Of a stretch of DNA of 64,000 nucleotides, positions 16,900 through 26,566 are shown piece by piece; position 1 is the stretch's first letter; each line of letters begins with the position of its first letter. This DNA is from a virus: IMG/VR virus record IMGVR_UViG_3300044911_002386, positions 103,812 to 167,811 of that record. One strand, written 5' to 3'. Below the pieces are notes generated by a model that did no database searches, was not told the DNA's origin, and was given only the letters and a program-made list of their open reading frames with translations. The position numbers and the translations under genes are program-made.

Positions 16900-18726
16900 T
16901 TACCTTACCGGTGTGGGTACTTTTGTTTTTACCGGCGTGACGCTTGCTACGCTGTTCGCCGGGGCCGTTGATTGCACAGGTTGTGGCTTAATGTTTGGCT
17001 GCAGCGGCGCAGGTGGCAAATAACCGTGATGCGCCCCAACCATAGATTGAAACGGGTTCATTTTTTGCCCCGGCCGCACTGTACCTTTTCGGGTGTACAG
17101 GTTGTACAACTGCTGATCAGTGCTTTTTGGATTAAAGTGAATTCCGTGCTGCTTAAACGCGGCTTCGGCGTACGGGCGATCGAACGCCGTTTGGCTGAAT
17201 TGTGATACTGGTTGTGCCGCCTTCTTCTCAGTCTTTTTTTTCTTGCTCTTACTTCCAGCCGGGCGGCACGAATTATTGCTATACGGCTTCTTCCCTGGAA
17301 CCGGCTCGTAACCTTCCCAACACCGTGCGGCTTTTAAAGCAGCGTGTTTCAGTACAATTTTTTGTGCGATGTTCATAGAGGCACGTGTTTCCTTCCCTTC
17401 TGTTGGCGCGAAAAATCCTCGTTCAGCCAGTTCAGCGTGCATGGCTGCGTCAGCGGCGGCATCAGTGTCGACGCCGAAAGCATTGCCCAGTGCCATGCCC
17501 CAGCTACCTTTGCCGCCGCTTCTCGCTTCTTGCAGTCGTGCGTCGCGTTCTTTTTGTGCGGCTTGCAATGCTTGGTTGTACAAATAGCCTTGCTGCCCCG
17601 TCTCGTCATACTGTTGCTGAAGGCGTGCGAATAACGCCGCGGCTTCTTCTCGGGTCTTGGGCGCGTATTCGCCGTGCATGCCCATTAAATAACTATTGGC
17701 AAGTTCTGGGTTGGTAGCGTGCAGTTGCCGCAACTGCTCAAACTTCGCCCGTTCAGCGTCGAGCATCCGTTGACCAACAGCCGCACCCTGGCCTTGTGGT
17801 GCCGCCTTAATAGCATCTTGAATTTTTTGCTTTACAGCCGCGTCCGCACCGGGGGCAAACATACTTGAGTCCCGGGCTTCTTCAGGAATAGCGCCGAAAA
17901 AATTAGCAGCGTCGCCCAGCATGCGGCCCATACCAGCCTGTGTGTTTTCACCAAGCATGCCCATGGCACCGGCACCGACACCAAGAGCGCCGATGCCAAG
18001 ACCGCCTAAGATCCCCATCAGCCCGTCACCCGATAAAAGACTGATTAATGCCGCAGGCACGCCGACCATAAACGCGGCCTGACCTGTCGGACCTAACCCG
18101 TCCCACATTCCCATGGCCTGGCCGTACCATGTCGGGTCTTGTGTTTTCGTAGGATCTCCGCCGGCCTGATCTGTAATAAAGTTATCGCGGGCAGGTGCGG
18201 CGGCTTCGGTGTCGCCTTGCATGACACGGCTCGCCGCATCTAACGTCTCGGGTGTGGCGGTTGCTTTAACTTGTGCTGTCACATTCGGTACTAATTGTTT
18301 TTCAATTTCCGCTTTGGCTTCTGGTGTTTTAGCCGCAGAAAGCGTCGCCTGAGCGTGCTCGATTAACTTCGGCATCTTGTCATTAGCCGGAGACGTTTGC
18401 GGGGCTTGATTAGCCGGCTGTGTCGGGGCAGGCGTTGGTGGTGCCTGCGGCGGCTTCATAACGTTCGGTACGGGTGCCGCGGGCGCTGGTGCAGGTGCTG
18501 GTGCTGGGGCAGGCACAGGCGGCATTGGTGCTGGTGCTGGGGCAGGCACAGGCGGCATTGGTGCTGGTGCCGGCGCGGGTGCCGCGGGAGGTAAACTCGC
18601 GGCGTTATTTCCAGCACCTGCCGGCGGGGCACCTAATGGTTTGATCGGTTGTGTACCGGCAGTCGGTTGAACTACCGGCTCGGCATACTTCTCAAGACCG
18701 CGACTAAGAATCTGCTTAATCTTCAT
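16900..18726 (-). CDS. Pro-rich/Gly-zipper modular protein with KxA junctions
   Basis: EKYA leader, PAPAPMPPV repeats, GILGGLGIGALGVGAG zipper, KAA-RCWEGYEPVPGKKPYSNNSCRP module, KKAA. Confidence 0.8.
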   Translation of the reverse strand: MKIKQILSRGLEKYAEPVVQPTAGTQPIKPLGAPPAGAGNNAASLPPAAPAPAPAPMPPVPAPAPAPMPPVPAPAPAPAPAPAAPVPNVMKPPQAPPTPAPTQPANQAPQTSPANDKMPKLIEHAQATLSAAKTPEAKAEIEKQLVPNVTAQVKATATPETLDAASRVMQGDTEAAAPARDNFITDQAGGDPTKTQDPTWYGQAMGMWDGLGPTGQAAFMVGVPAALISLLSGDGLMGILGGLGIGALGVGAGAMGMLGENTQAGMGRMLGDAANFFGAIPEEARDSSMFAPGADAAVKQKIQDAIKAAPQGQGAAVGQRMLDAERAKFEQLRQLHATNPELANSYLMGMHGEYAPKTREEAAALFARLQQQYDETGQQGYLYNQALQAAQKERDARLQEARSGGKGSWGMALGNAFGVDTDAAADAAMHAELAERGFFAPTEGKETRASMNIAQKIVLKHAALKAARCWEGYEPVPGKKPYSNNSCRPAGSKSKKKKTEKKAAQPVSQFSQTAFDRPYAEAAFKQHGIHFNPKSTDQQLYNLYTRKGTVRPGQKMNPFQSMVGAHHGYLPPAPLQPNIKPQPVQSTAPANSVASVTPVKTKVPTPVR

Positions 18727-19189
18727 CGCTATCCTCAGCCGCGGGGTCGCCGTTGGAGTAGACGTCTTTGTCGTTATGGTGCGTGCTCAACTCAAGCAGC
18801 CGCGCCTCACTTGTTGCCTTAATGCTGTGATACATTCCAGGCGGAACGTGAAACGCAGCATCCGGCCCAAGTGTTAAATTTGACGCCGTTGCAGTGTTTT
18901 CGTCATAGCCATATGTTAACACAACGTTCCCAGATTCGACGTACAGGACTTTGTCTTTAACGCGGTGATACGACCATGGCGTCGTTTTGCCCGCTTTAAT
19001 GAGCAACTTTTTCCCGCAATACCGTCCGTTCCAAATCCAATCCTCGTGGCCCCAATCTTCTGCGACATAAACACGCTGCTCGGCGTTGAGAATAAACTTC
19101 TTGGCAGATTCAGCCACGAGTGCACTCCTCTTGGGTGTTCTGGACTTTTGACATATACGCTTGTCGTGCCGGGGCCGTCTCTTCGACAA
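18716..19189 (-). CDS. cupin-domain protein (sugar isomerase-like)
   Basis: WGHEDW..YCGK..SYH..YVESG..FHVPPGMYH..ELST. Confidence 0.75.
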   Translation of the reverse strand: MSKRRPRHDKRICQKSRTPKRSALVAESAKKFILNAEQRVYVAEDWGHEDWIWNGRYCGKKLLIKAGKTTPWSYHRVKDKVLYVESGNVVLTYGYDENTATASNLTLGPDAAFHVPPGMYHSIKATSEARLLELSTHHNDKDVYSNGDPAAEDSDED

Positions 19190-19325
19190 GTTTTTTCCAG
19201 CCTGCTACCGCCGGCCGACATTCACCGCCGTCGCAGCACGTCTCGACGATGATGTGGCAAAACGGACAGACGTGTTTTGAGCGAATCTCGACTAATGCGG
19301 ATTCACATGCGGGGCAAAGTGCCAT
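19110..19325 (-). CDS. small zinc-ribbon protein
   Basis: CPAC...CPFC...CCDG; TAATG coupling to the upstream gene. Confidence 0.6.
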   Translation of the reverse strand: MALCPACESALVEIRSKHVCPFCHIIVETCCDGGECRPAVAGWKKLVEETAPARQAYMSKVQNTQEECTRG

Positions 19326-19951
19326 TACAGTTTAGCCTGTGCAAGAACTGAAGATGCCGGGACAGCCGACGCTATGTTTTTAACAACCTCTGTCGGTCGC
19401 GGCAATGTCGGATACAAGCCAGACGTCCATCCGCTCGGGGCGCCCGTGACTGCGTTCATAGACGGCGGTTTCATACCAACCGCGCCCCAGTTCGGGCCTT
19501 TAATTCTGTCAAAGTTTCCCGTGCCCGCCGCATATAAATCATGGGCTGCGTCTCCCGGGCCGTAACCAACTCGCCGCAGAGCCGGCTCGACGCGCGACGA
19601 GTATGTGTGTGCGGCGTTTTGAGCCATGGCCGGCAAACGTTGCATTAGGTTTTGCCCCGCGGGTGTTTGCGAGGCTATGACGCCGCCAGTACCCGCAGTC
19701 GCCGCCGTACCGGTGCCCATGCCAGCAATCGTCGGGGCCGCAGCAACACCACCGGCCGCAGCACCTGCTGCCGCTCCAATTCCCATCGCGGCTTGGCCGG
19801 CCCGCATTAAACCCTTTTCACCGCGTTCGTAATTGCGCTGTTTTGTAAACGGGTTATACCAGCGGTCTAAGACATTACCGTAAGACCGCAAAAAACTCGG
19901 CTCGGCAGCCAGTTTTTCGCCGAGGGCACGGCCAAAAGAAAAAGCCTGCAT
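19325..19951 (-). CDS. Gly-zipper protein with AFSFG...KLAA leader (paralogue of 20001-20816)
   Basis: Shares SYGNVLDRWYNPFTKQRNYERGEKGLMRAGQAAMGIGAAAGAAAGGVAAA with the neighbour. Confidence 0.8.
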   Translation of the reverse strand: MQAFSFGRALGEKLAAEPSFLRSYGNVLDRWYNPFTKQRNYERGEKGLMRAGQAAMGIGAAAGAAAGGVAAAPTIAGMGTGTAATAGTGGVIASQTPAGQNLMQRLPAMAQNAAHTYSSRVEPALRRVGYGPGDAAHDLYAAGTGNFDRIKGPNWGAVGMKPPSMNAVTGAPSGWTSGLYPTLPRPTEVVKNIASAVPASSVLAQAKL

Positions 19952-20000
19952 GTTATTTCTGCCCAGCGATTAATTTAAATGTATTGACTGTATTCACAAC

Positions 20001-20816
20001 CTAGTGCACACCCGCATGCTCAACGCCACCGTGCCCGTGTCCGCCGCCTACAAAGTTATGCAGTGTGTGGTGTAAGCCGTGCGCCCCTTCATGCATACCT
20101 TCGTACGGCAGCGTAACGGAGTGCGGCAACAGCCCCATTAAATTACCAGACGTGTTCACCGGGTTCATGTGTTTTGCGATACCCGTGTTGGGGTCCAAGG
20201 CTTGAGCAAAAGGATGGTGCTCTATCGTCTCATGAAACTCGCGTGCCGAGTGCGGCAATTTTTTCCATAGTGTGTTCTTCAGATCATTGACCCGCATCGC
20301 CCCGTCAGTCGCAAATCGGTTAAAAGAGTTTGCCGCACTTGAAGCCGCGTTCGCCATCGTCGGGAACATTCGCTGTGCCGTGGGACTTTGTGTCGCAGCA
20401 GCACCGCCGGCCCCTGCACCGGCTACGGTGCCTGCCGCAGCGGCATTACCGGCAAAATACGCCGGCAGGCTGCTAACTGGCGTGGCGGCCAACGTGGGCG
20501 CGGCGGCAGCGACACCACCGGCCGCAGCCCCAGCTGCAGCACCAATACCCATAGCAGCCTGACCGGCCCGCATTAAACCTTTTTCGCCGCGCTCGTAATT
20601 ACGCTGTTTTGTAAACGGGTTGTACCAGCGGTCTAAAACATTGCCGTAGGACTGCATAAAACTAGGGTTCGTGCTAGCCGACGGTTTAGAACCCATTGGC
20701 TTGGGGCTCATTGGATTAGGGCCTTGAAGAGGCTTAGAGCCGCTGGTAATTAATCCGCCGGCTGGGCCAGCGGCTACTTTTTCTGCTACAAACCGCCCAA
20801 ACGAAAATGCATTCAT
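20001..20816 (-). CDS. Gly-zipper protein with AFSFG...KVAA leader and His-rich C-terminus
   Basis: Same shared core; start at MNAFSFG. Confidence 0.8.
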   Translation of the reverse strand: MNAFSFGRFVAEKVAAGPAGGLITSGSKPLQGPNPMSPKPMGSKPSASTNPSFMQSYGNVLDRWYNPFTKQRNYERGEKGLMRAGQAAMGIGAAAGAAAGGVAAAAPTLAATPVSSLPAYFAGNAAAAGTVAGAGAGGAAATQSPTAQRMFPTMANAASSAANSFNRFATDGAMRVNDLKNTLWKKLPHSAREFHETIEHHPFAQALDPNTGIAKHMNPVNTSGNLMGLLPHSVTLPYEGMHEGAHGLHHTLHNFVGGGHGHGGVEHAGVH

Positions 20817-20942
20817 GGTGTTGTTCCGCAATTGTATTACAGTTTGTATATCAGGTTGACACGCAACGGCACGAAGTTACGCGGGGGCAAAGTCACAGTA
20901 TAGCATTCCGCGCCCCGCCAAGGGACCGTATCAGCAGCCGGA

Positions 20943-21323
20943 TTACTTAGCATAACCCGTGTCCGTTTTGTACAGGCAAAATTTGCGGTGCTTGGCCCGA
21001 CGATACTCAGCCACCATCTTGCGTACTTGTAAATTACAGCAATGATAGTCCATGTAATGACCGAATACAATGTGGCAAGGATCTTTGCACAGCGTCAGTA
21101 AATTGTCTGGGTCCAGTTCACGCTTCGGATCAAAACTCACCGGGATCACATGGTGCACGATTAAATTTTTCGTTCTCCCGCAGGCTTGGCAGCACGGCTC
21201 TTTCGCTAGATGTGCTTTCCGCACAGTAAGCCACTCACCAGCCCGTTGTCGCTGAGCAAGGATGTACCGCGGACGCCAAGACATCGGTATCCGCTGCCAC
21301 AACCATGCCAGGACGTTTTTCAT
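20943..21323 (-). CDS. HNH endonuclease
   Basis: CQACG..VHHVIP..NLLTLC..CH..H. Confidence 0.85.
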   Translation of the reverse strand: MKNVLAWLWQRIPMSWRPRYILAQRQRAGEWLTVRKAHLAKEPCCQACGRTKNLIVHHVIPVSFDPKRELDPDNLLTLCKDPCHIVFGHYMDYHCCNLQVRKMVAEYRRAKHRKFCLYKTDTGYAK

Positions 21324-21445
21324 GGCGGAACCTTTGTGCTGCCTTTTACATGCTTCGGCTCATAAGGACAATTAACGCATCGGCGACCACAACAGGATTT
21401 CTTGGCCAATAAAACTTCGCGGGGCAATGGCTTGTATTTTCCCAT
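21320..21445 (-). CDS. 41-aa Cys-rich protein (DUF5522-like), absent from the ORF track
   Basis: MGKYKPLPREVLLAKKSCCGRRCVNCPYEPKHVKGSTKVPP; coupled by TAATG upstream and ATGA downstream. Confidence 0.75.
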   Translation of the reverse strand: MGKYKPLPREVLLAKKSCCGRRCVNCPYEPKHVKGSTKVPP

Positions 21446-21795
21446 TATTTCAAGGCTTGCGTAAAGTGCTGCTCGTAGGCTGAATAAATTTCAGCGTACG
21501 CCACACCCCACGCCGCATCATGAGATAACTTGTTGAACTGCTCGTCAGTCGTGGCGGAATCCAGCCGATGATTCCAAGCCCGTGCGTGGGCCCATTCGTG
21601 AACCAGCACGTCCATGGCTTTGTTTTCATCCAATCGAGAGTCGATCTGGATATGAAACTGTTTGCCCGTCTTCCAGCACCGACCCTCAAGCCGCGACGGA
21701 ATTCGCAGGCGCCGGACTGAGACAGGGAAGCCGGCCGCAAACTTGGTCTTGAGCAGCCGCAACAATGCGTGATAATTCTTGTACCGTGCCGCCAT
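21445..21795 (-). CDS. small HEXXH zincin (SprT-like)
   Basis: LEGRC..IQID..LVHEWAH..HDAAWG; start at MAARY with GGAGG RBS. Confidence 0.75.
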   Translation of the reverse strand: MAARYKNYHALLRLLKTKFAAGFPVSVRRLRIPSRLEGRCWKTGKQFHIQIDSRLDENKAMDVLVHEWAHARAWNHRLDSATTDEQFNKLSHDAAWGVAYAEIYSAYEQHFTQALK

Positions 21796-21851
21796 ACCGC
21801 AGTCCTCCCTGACTGACGCTGTAGGCGACATCCATGCCGCCGGAGCGTTAA

Positions 21852-24800
21852 TTATAACTGGGAGGGCGTCGCTTGTCGGCCTGCCTTTTGGGCGGCGGCT
21901 TTTTGCTGTAAAAATGGGATGTTAATTTTGCTCAAATCTGGCTGAAGGTCTTTTAATGCTGGCAACGACCAGGACTCTTCATCCTCCGTGCCGCCCGACT
22001 CATTGTTTTCTGGCTTTGTCACTGGTTTACGGGTCGCCCGGCGGAGCACGCGCTTTTTCGTCTTTTTGACCTTCCCTGCCGCCGGTTTCCGTTTTCGACG
22101 GACCACCTTCTTCACGGCTTCTTCCTCGGCGGTCTGGTTGTTCATGGCACCGAGCACCCGCTGATACAGTTTTTTACCCAGTGCATTGCCGCCGTAAATA
22201 CCCAAGGCGGGCAAGCCAGCATGTAAAAGCAAGTTGGCAAGACCCGGATCTTCAATTCTGTTATCGAACTTAGATATCAATTTACGTGCGTGGCCGGCCG
22301 CGGTGTTGCCGCCAAAAAATCCAAGGCCGGCGCCGGTGCCCGCCGCGAAGTTTTCTGGATTCTTGGTCAAACCGCCATAAGCAGCCCCAAGCAGGGCCGA
22401 CGCGCCGAGTGCCCGAGAACCCTGCACAAGTGGATTCTTCGTGACAGCGGCTTGGTCTTTAATATTGCTGAATGTGGGTACGCCGCCGATGACGCTGTTG
22501 TGAATATAGTTGATATACCCAGGCACGCCTTCATACACGACGTGCGGCAACGAGTCTTGAAAAAACGTTTTAGTTTGAAAACGCAATTTATCGGCCGTCG
22601 TAGCGTTGGGGTGTTCTTTCGCATACCGGGCTACCTGCATGCTTAGGCTCGGCCAGTTGTCCTCGTGAAAAATCCAGTTCTTGCCGTGCCGATGAAAGTG
22701 CATGCCGGTATACGGATGCCGTAACGTGCGGAATTGCGTCTGCCCGCGCTCTGGCACGGCGACATACGACGGCAAAAACCCAAGTGCTTTCAAATCTTTT
22801 TCAGCAAAAGACGACGCTGGTAAAAAACTTCGCGGCAACGAGCCGATCATGTCAGAGGAAATATCTGGTGTTTTGCGGTGCTTCATTAAGGAGTTTAATA
22901 GCGTTCGGCGCGTGGCCTCTATCTGTGCAGCACGTACTGGAGGCCGCGGGACTTCTGTCGCATACGCCTTAAACACGCTATCTAAATCACTTCGGGACGG
23001 TTTAATATCTCGGCTATTCAGTCGTTGCGGTAATTTTGATAGCCAGCCTGCAGCGCCTCGGGCAGCAGTTGCTGTTCCCCGGGCGGCGTCGCCCATTGTG
23101 TTCTTTGCGTCGCCGAACGCCTCCATGGCGTCAGCCGCTTTCTCGGCAAACCACGTAGCAACGCCGGCAACGGGATCAATGTAATTTGAGTTTTTCACGC
23201 TACCCTCTTCGCGCAGGATCTTGCGGAAGACTTCGTTCAGGCGTTCTTTATCAGCAGTTAAATGCTCTAACACTTCATCACCTGTGCGTTCGCGTTGGTA
23301 ACCCATCAGTTTACCCAACCACGACGGATCTTCAGAACTAGAGATATACCGCTGCACGGCGACGTTCTTCAGTTCTTCGGGCAAGTCTTGATGGCTGTCA
23401 AATCGTAAACCCCGGCCCTTGGCTTGTTGGCTGCGAGACTCGTGCCAGTGCGGGTCTAACAGCTGTATTAAACTCGTGCCCTTGGTGGAGATACCCTCGG
23501 CTGCGGCTGGGCCTAACAGCAATGCCCGCAGTTTGCCCTCGTTGTAATCTTTGAGGGCCTGCTGGCGTTGCTTTACCGGAATGCTACCGTGGAAAATACC
23601 GTGCGGAATCTTGGCTTTCTCTAACGCCGAACTGTATGGCTTCAGGCCAGAGTCAATAAAGTTGGAATAAATGATGGCTTTTTTACGGGGGTCTGAGTCC
23701 AGCACGCCTTGCAGGTTTTTCATGGCCGTCTGTAACTTGGACGATTGCCCGAACGCGCGGCCTGGATCTTTGTCATATCGAAATGGCTGCGTAGACAACG
23801 AGACTTGGCGAAGGCCCGTGAGAAAACTATTTAACTTGGCCAATTCATCGCGGGACATGGGAAACTCTTTGTCGAGTTTCCAGAGAAAGCCCGGCGGGAT
23901 CTTCGTACGAATGGCTTTCTGAATCTTTTGCTGGTCGGGCGACAGGGGCACGCGAATGACTTCTTCATTCACGTTGACGCCTTCTGGAGTCTTACTGGGC
24001 TGATAATCAATCTTGCCCCGTAGCAAACCCCGTAACTGGTCTTCGTTCTTGACAACTCCTCGCTCACCAGGCGCCACACCGCGAAACCAATTGACCACGC
24101 CGGGGTTCACACTCTCGTAGTCAATAAAACGCTTCTCAAAGTCTTCGGGCGTAATGTTCTTGTTGTGCAGCATGCCCAGCAAGTTAGCCAGGTCACTCGG
24201 CGAATTCGTGACGGGCGAGCCAGTCAGTAGCAGCAAGTTTTTGGCATTCCGGGCTACGCGCTTTGCCGCCTGACCACTAGCCGACCCAGGATTCCGCAAC
24301 CGGTGGGCTTCGTCCATGATGACCGTGTCGGGCTGCTCAGCGAAGTTCTTGCCTAACGCCAGCCCCGTATACGACATGATCTCTGGGCTTGAGTTCGTAG
24401 TGAACTTGCCTACTTCTTTTTCGAAGTTGCCCTTGAGTGCCGCCGGGACCACGATGCCGTAATCGTCTTTGTATTTCTTCTTGGCCGCCTCAGCAGCAGC
24501 AATCGCCGAGAGCGACTTGCCAGAACCCAGCCCGTGATACACCAGCAAGCGCGACTCGTCGTTCGTTACGCGGTCTGCAATGCGTTGCTGATGGTCCTGC
24601 AGTTTTATGTCAGGATTAAGATCGGCTGTTTTGAGAATTGACGGTGATGGCGCGAGAGACGGATAGCCCGCTGTTTCGCGAAACTTTTTGAGCCGGGCTG
24701 CCAGCAACTCTTTTTGTTTTTGACTCCGCAACCACGCCTGCGAGATCAACGCTAAGTCCGTCATCTCTTTGTCGATATTACCTTGCGTCGACAATGCCGT

Positions 24801-25307
24801 TTGCGTGTCGGTCAGGTGCTGCGGCAATGCAGCTAAAAGGTGGGCCCGGTCACTCCACTTAGGGGCAAATTTAGTCAGGTCATTGGCTTGCTTTTGTGCC
24901 ACGTACTTTTGCATCGCCTTGGCCTTGTAGGCGTCCAGCATCTCAGTCGTGGCTTGGCTCTGATCGGGTGCTACTAACTTAGCTGGATCGACGCCCCAAT
25001 TCCGTAAGGCCCAGCCGCGGCGGGGTGTGGGGCTTTTTTTAAACGGGCCGCCGTGGCGAGCTTTAAAACTCAGCCAGCGTTTGATCTGCCTGTCGTCCTC
25101 GCCTTGAATCCTGCGCCCAGACGAATAACGCTTGTACCACTGAGCCCAGCCCTTGGGGTCGTGCTCGCTGATCCATTCGGGCTTCCAGGCCCCAAGACTG
25201 GCTAACCGCGGACCTTGGCCCCGGTAGAGCGAGTCGTACACGCCGAGGTTCTCTAATTGCTCGGGTGTGTAATCAGGTTGGAATTGGGCGTGCAGGTCGT
25301 CGGACAT
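21852..25307 (-). CDS. multi-domain protein containing an SNF2/SF2 helicase
   Basis: N-terminal DPKGWAQWYKRY..GRR..DDRQIKRW module; KQA; KTA; helicase motifs YHGLGSGKS, DEAH, LTGSP, EGIS, QAKGRGLR; EKAA; His-rich module; Gly zipper; Lys-rich tail. Start moved to MSDDL (TGATG coupling). Confidence 0.85.
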   Translation of the reverse strand: MSDDLHAQFQPDYTPEQLENLGVYDSLYRGQGPRLASLGAWKPEWISEHDPKGWAQWYKRYSSGRRIQGEDDRQIKRWLSFKARHGGPFKKSPTPRRGWALRNWGVDPAKLVAPDQSQATTEMLDAYKAKAMQKYVAQKQANDLTKFAPKWSDRAHLLAALPQHLTDTQTALSTQGNIDKEMTDLALISQAWLRSQKQKELLAARLKKFRETAGYPSLAPSPSILKTADLNPDIKLQDHQQRIADRVTNDESRLLVYHGLGSGKSLSAIAAAEAAKKKYKDDYGIVVPAALKGNFEKEVGKFTTNSSPEIMSYTGLALGKNFAEQPDTVIMDEAHRLRNPGSASGQAAKRVARNAKNLLLLTGSPVTNSPSDLANLLGMLHNKNITPEDFEKRFIDYESVNPGVVNWFRGVAPGERGVVKNEDQLRGLLRGKIDYQPSKTPEGVNVNEEVIRVPLSPDQQKIQKAIRTKIPPGFLWKLDKEFPMSRDELAKLNSFLTGLRQVSLSTQPFRYDKDPGRAFGQSSKLQTAMKNLQGVLDSDPRKKAIIYSNFIDSGLKPYSSALEKAKIPHGIFHGSIPVKQRQQALKDYNEGKLRALLLGPAAAEGISTKGTSLIQLLDPHWHESRSQQAKGRGLRFDSHQDLPEELKNVAVQRYISSSEDPSWLGKLMGYQRERTGDEVLEHLTADKERLNEVFRKILREEGSVKNSNYIDPVAGVATWFAEKAADAMEAFGDAKNTMGDAARGTATAARGAAGWLSKLPQRLNSRDIKPSRSDLDSVFKAYATEVPRPPVRAAQIEATRRTLLNSLMKHRKTPDISSDMIGSLPRSFLPASSFAEKDLKALGFLPSYVAVPERGQTQFRTLRHPYTGMHFHRHGKNWIFHEDNWPSLSMQVARYAKEHPNATTADKLRFQTKTFFQDSLPHVVYEGVPGYINYIHNSVIGGVPTFSNIKDQAAVTKNPLVQGSRALGASALLGAAYGGLTKNPENFAAGTGAGLGFFGGNTAAGHARKLISKFDNRIEDPGLANLLLHAGLPALGIYGGNALGKKLYQRVLGAMNNQTAEEEAVKKVVRRKRKPAAGKVKKTKKRVLRRATRKPVTKPENNESGGTEDEESWSLPALKDLQPDLSKINIPFLQQKAAAQKAGRQATPSQL

Positions 25308-25561
25308 CAGGCGGCCTTTTTCACGGATAATACGACGGCACACAGGCCACAGGCGGCTGACGCCAACCCGAGGAATCTCGCCCATGTGTACACGTCAATA
25401 TACCATGAAAAGCCCAGCACGACTGCCATCGACCCTACAATAAACGCCAAGATGTAGCGTTTAAAGTAATACAGAGTTAACGCCACGGGGCCGCACAAAA
25501 AAATCGAGCAAAATACGCCCACCATGAGTGTGACCATCACAAGCGTGGTTAAACTTTCCAT
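25307..25561 (-). CDS. three-TM membrane protein
   Basis: 84 aa, hydrophobic, coupled on both sides. Confidence 0.7.
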   Translation of the reverse strand: MESLTTLVMVTLMVGVFCSIFLCGPVALTLYYFKRYILAFIVGSMAVVLGFSWYIDVYTWARFLGLASAACGLCAVVLSVKKAA

Positions 25562-26443
25562 TTATTTCTCCGCCACGTCAGGCCCTAGGGTTGTCTGACC
25601 AAGAATAAACCGCTCGTGCTTTTCAATCTGCTCGGCAATCCAGTCTGTGTACAGGCTTACGCGTGTAAACGCTGCTTCGTCGCCGTAGGTGCCGTCTGGC
25701 TTTTTATCTACGGCCATTAAGAACGAATTAATACCGGCTAATTTGTTGCCAATGAACATGCCGCCCCCAGAGTCCCCAGGTGCAATCATGAACTCCAGCG
25801 GGAACCTGTCATGTGTCACGCTCGGAGTGCAAATCAGAATCGTGCGTTCGCTGGAATCAATGCGGTTGTGGCCGGCTCGTTTCTTATTGTCGTCAAAGAC
25901 ATGGCCGGTGTGAAACGTACCGCGGCGGCCATAACCAGCAATTGTGGCGGCCTTGCCTGTCTCATCTAAGTCTTCATATAGCGGTATGTAAAAGGGCAAC
26001 TCAAATGGCTTCGCCGAGTAGCACAGCGCAATATCGTGAAAGCCAAACTTCTCGTCTTCAAACAAGTGATGAATAATGACCTTGTCGACGGGGTATTTAA
26101 TTTTGTCGTCTGTTTCGGCGACGGTAAGCGTAGCCCCGTGCACAACATGGGCCGCCGTTAGCATCCAGTGCGGCTTGATGACGACCGCAGAACCCACCTG
26201 GAATTCAACGTCAGGTGATATGTCGCTGTCTGGTTTCGGAACCAACGAGAGCGTTTCAATCTGCTCAGGATCTTTGTCGAGAACTAGGGTGCGAAGGCGG
26301 ACGACAGTAGGAAAACTTTTACCGAACTCGAGATATTTTTCGTCAGGTGTGTTGGGATCGATCGTGCCCGCTAGCGCTCTATGCAACGTTAGTGACAAAA
26401 TCAAAAACGTAATAAGTCGTCGAAATAGTTCGTATCCGTCCAT
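25562..26443 (-). CDS. trypsin-fold (S1) serine protease with signal peptide
   Basis: LTAAH, HDIAL, GDSGG catalytic triad. Confidence 0.9.
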   Translation of the reverse strand: MDGYELFRRLITFLILSLTLHRALAGTIDPNTPDEKYLEFGKSFPTVVRLRTLVLDKDPEQIETLSLVPKPDSDISPDVEFQVGSAVVIKPHWMLTAAHVVHGATLTVAETDDKIKYPVDKVIIHHLFEDEKFGFHDIALCYSAKPFELPFYIPLYEDLDETGKAATIAGYGRRGTFHTGHVFDDNKKRAGHNRIDSSERTILICTPSVTHDRFPLEFMIAPGDSGGGMFIGNKLAGINSFLMAVDKKPDGTYGDEAAFTRVSLYTDWIAEQIEKHERFILGQTTLGPDVAEK

Positions 26444-26566
26444 GGGATGTTTCTCCTGCTATACATATAGCCCCCGAAGTAACCCGTCGGATTTATTTTA
26501 CACCACGCTGTTATTCACAACACTACGCCCAGGTTCTCGTCACTTGGGCGGATAGCCCATCCTGCA

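Noticed and set aside
14093-21323. Group I introns or IS elements around the PD-(D/E)XK and HNH nucleases
   Set aside because: Both are free-standing, flanking genes are uninterrupted, and no intron core or terminal repeats were seen
25562-26443. S1 protease as the enzyme that cuts KxA junctions
   Set aside because: It has a signal peptide and lacks the Asp expected six residues before the catalytic Ser (Met here), so Lys specificity is unsupported
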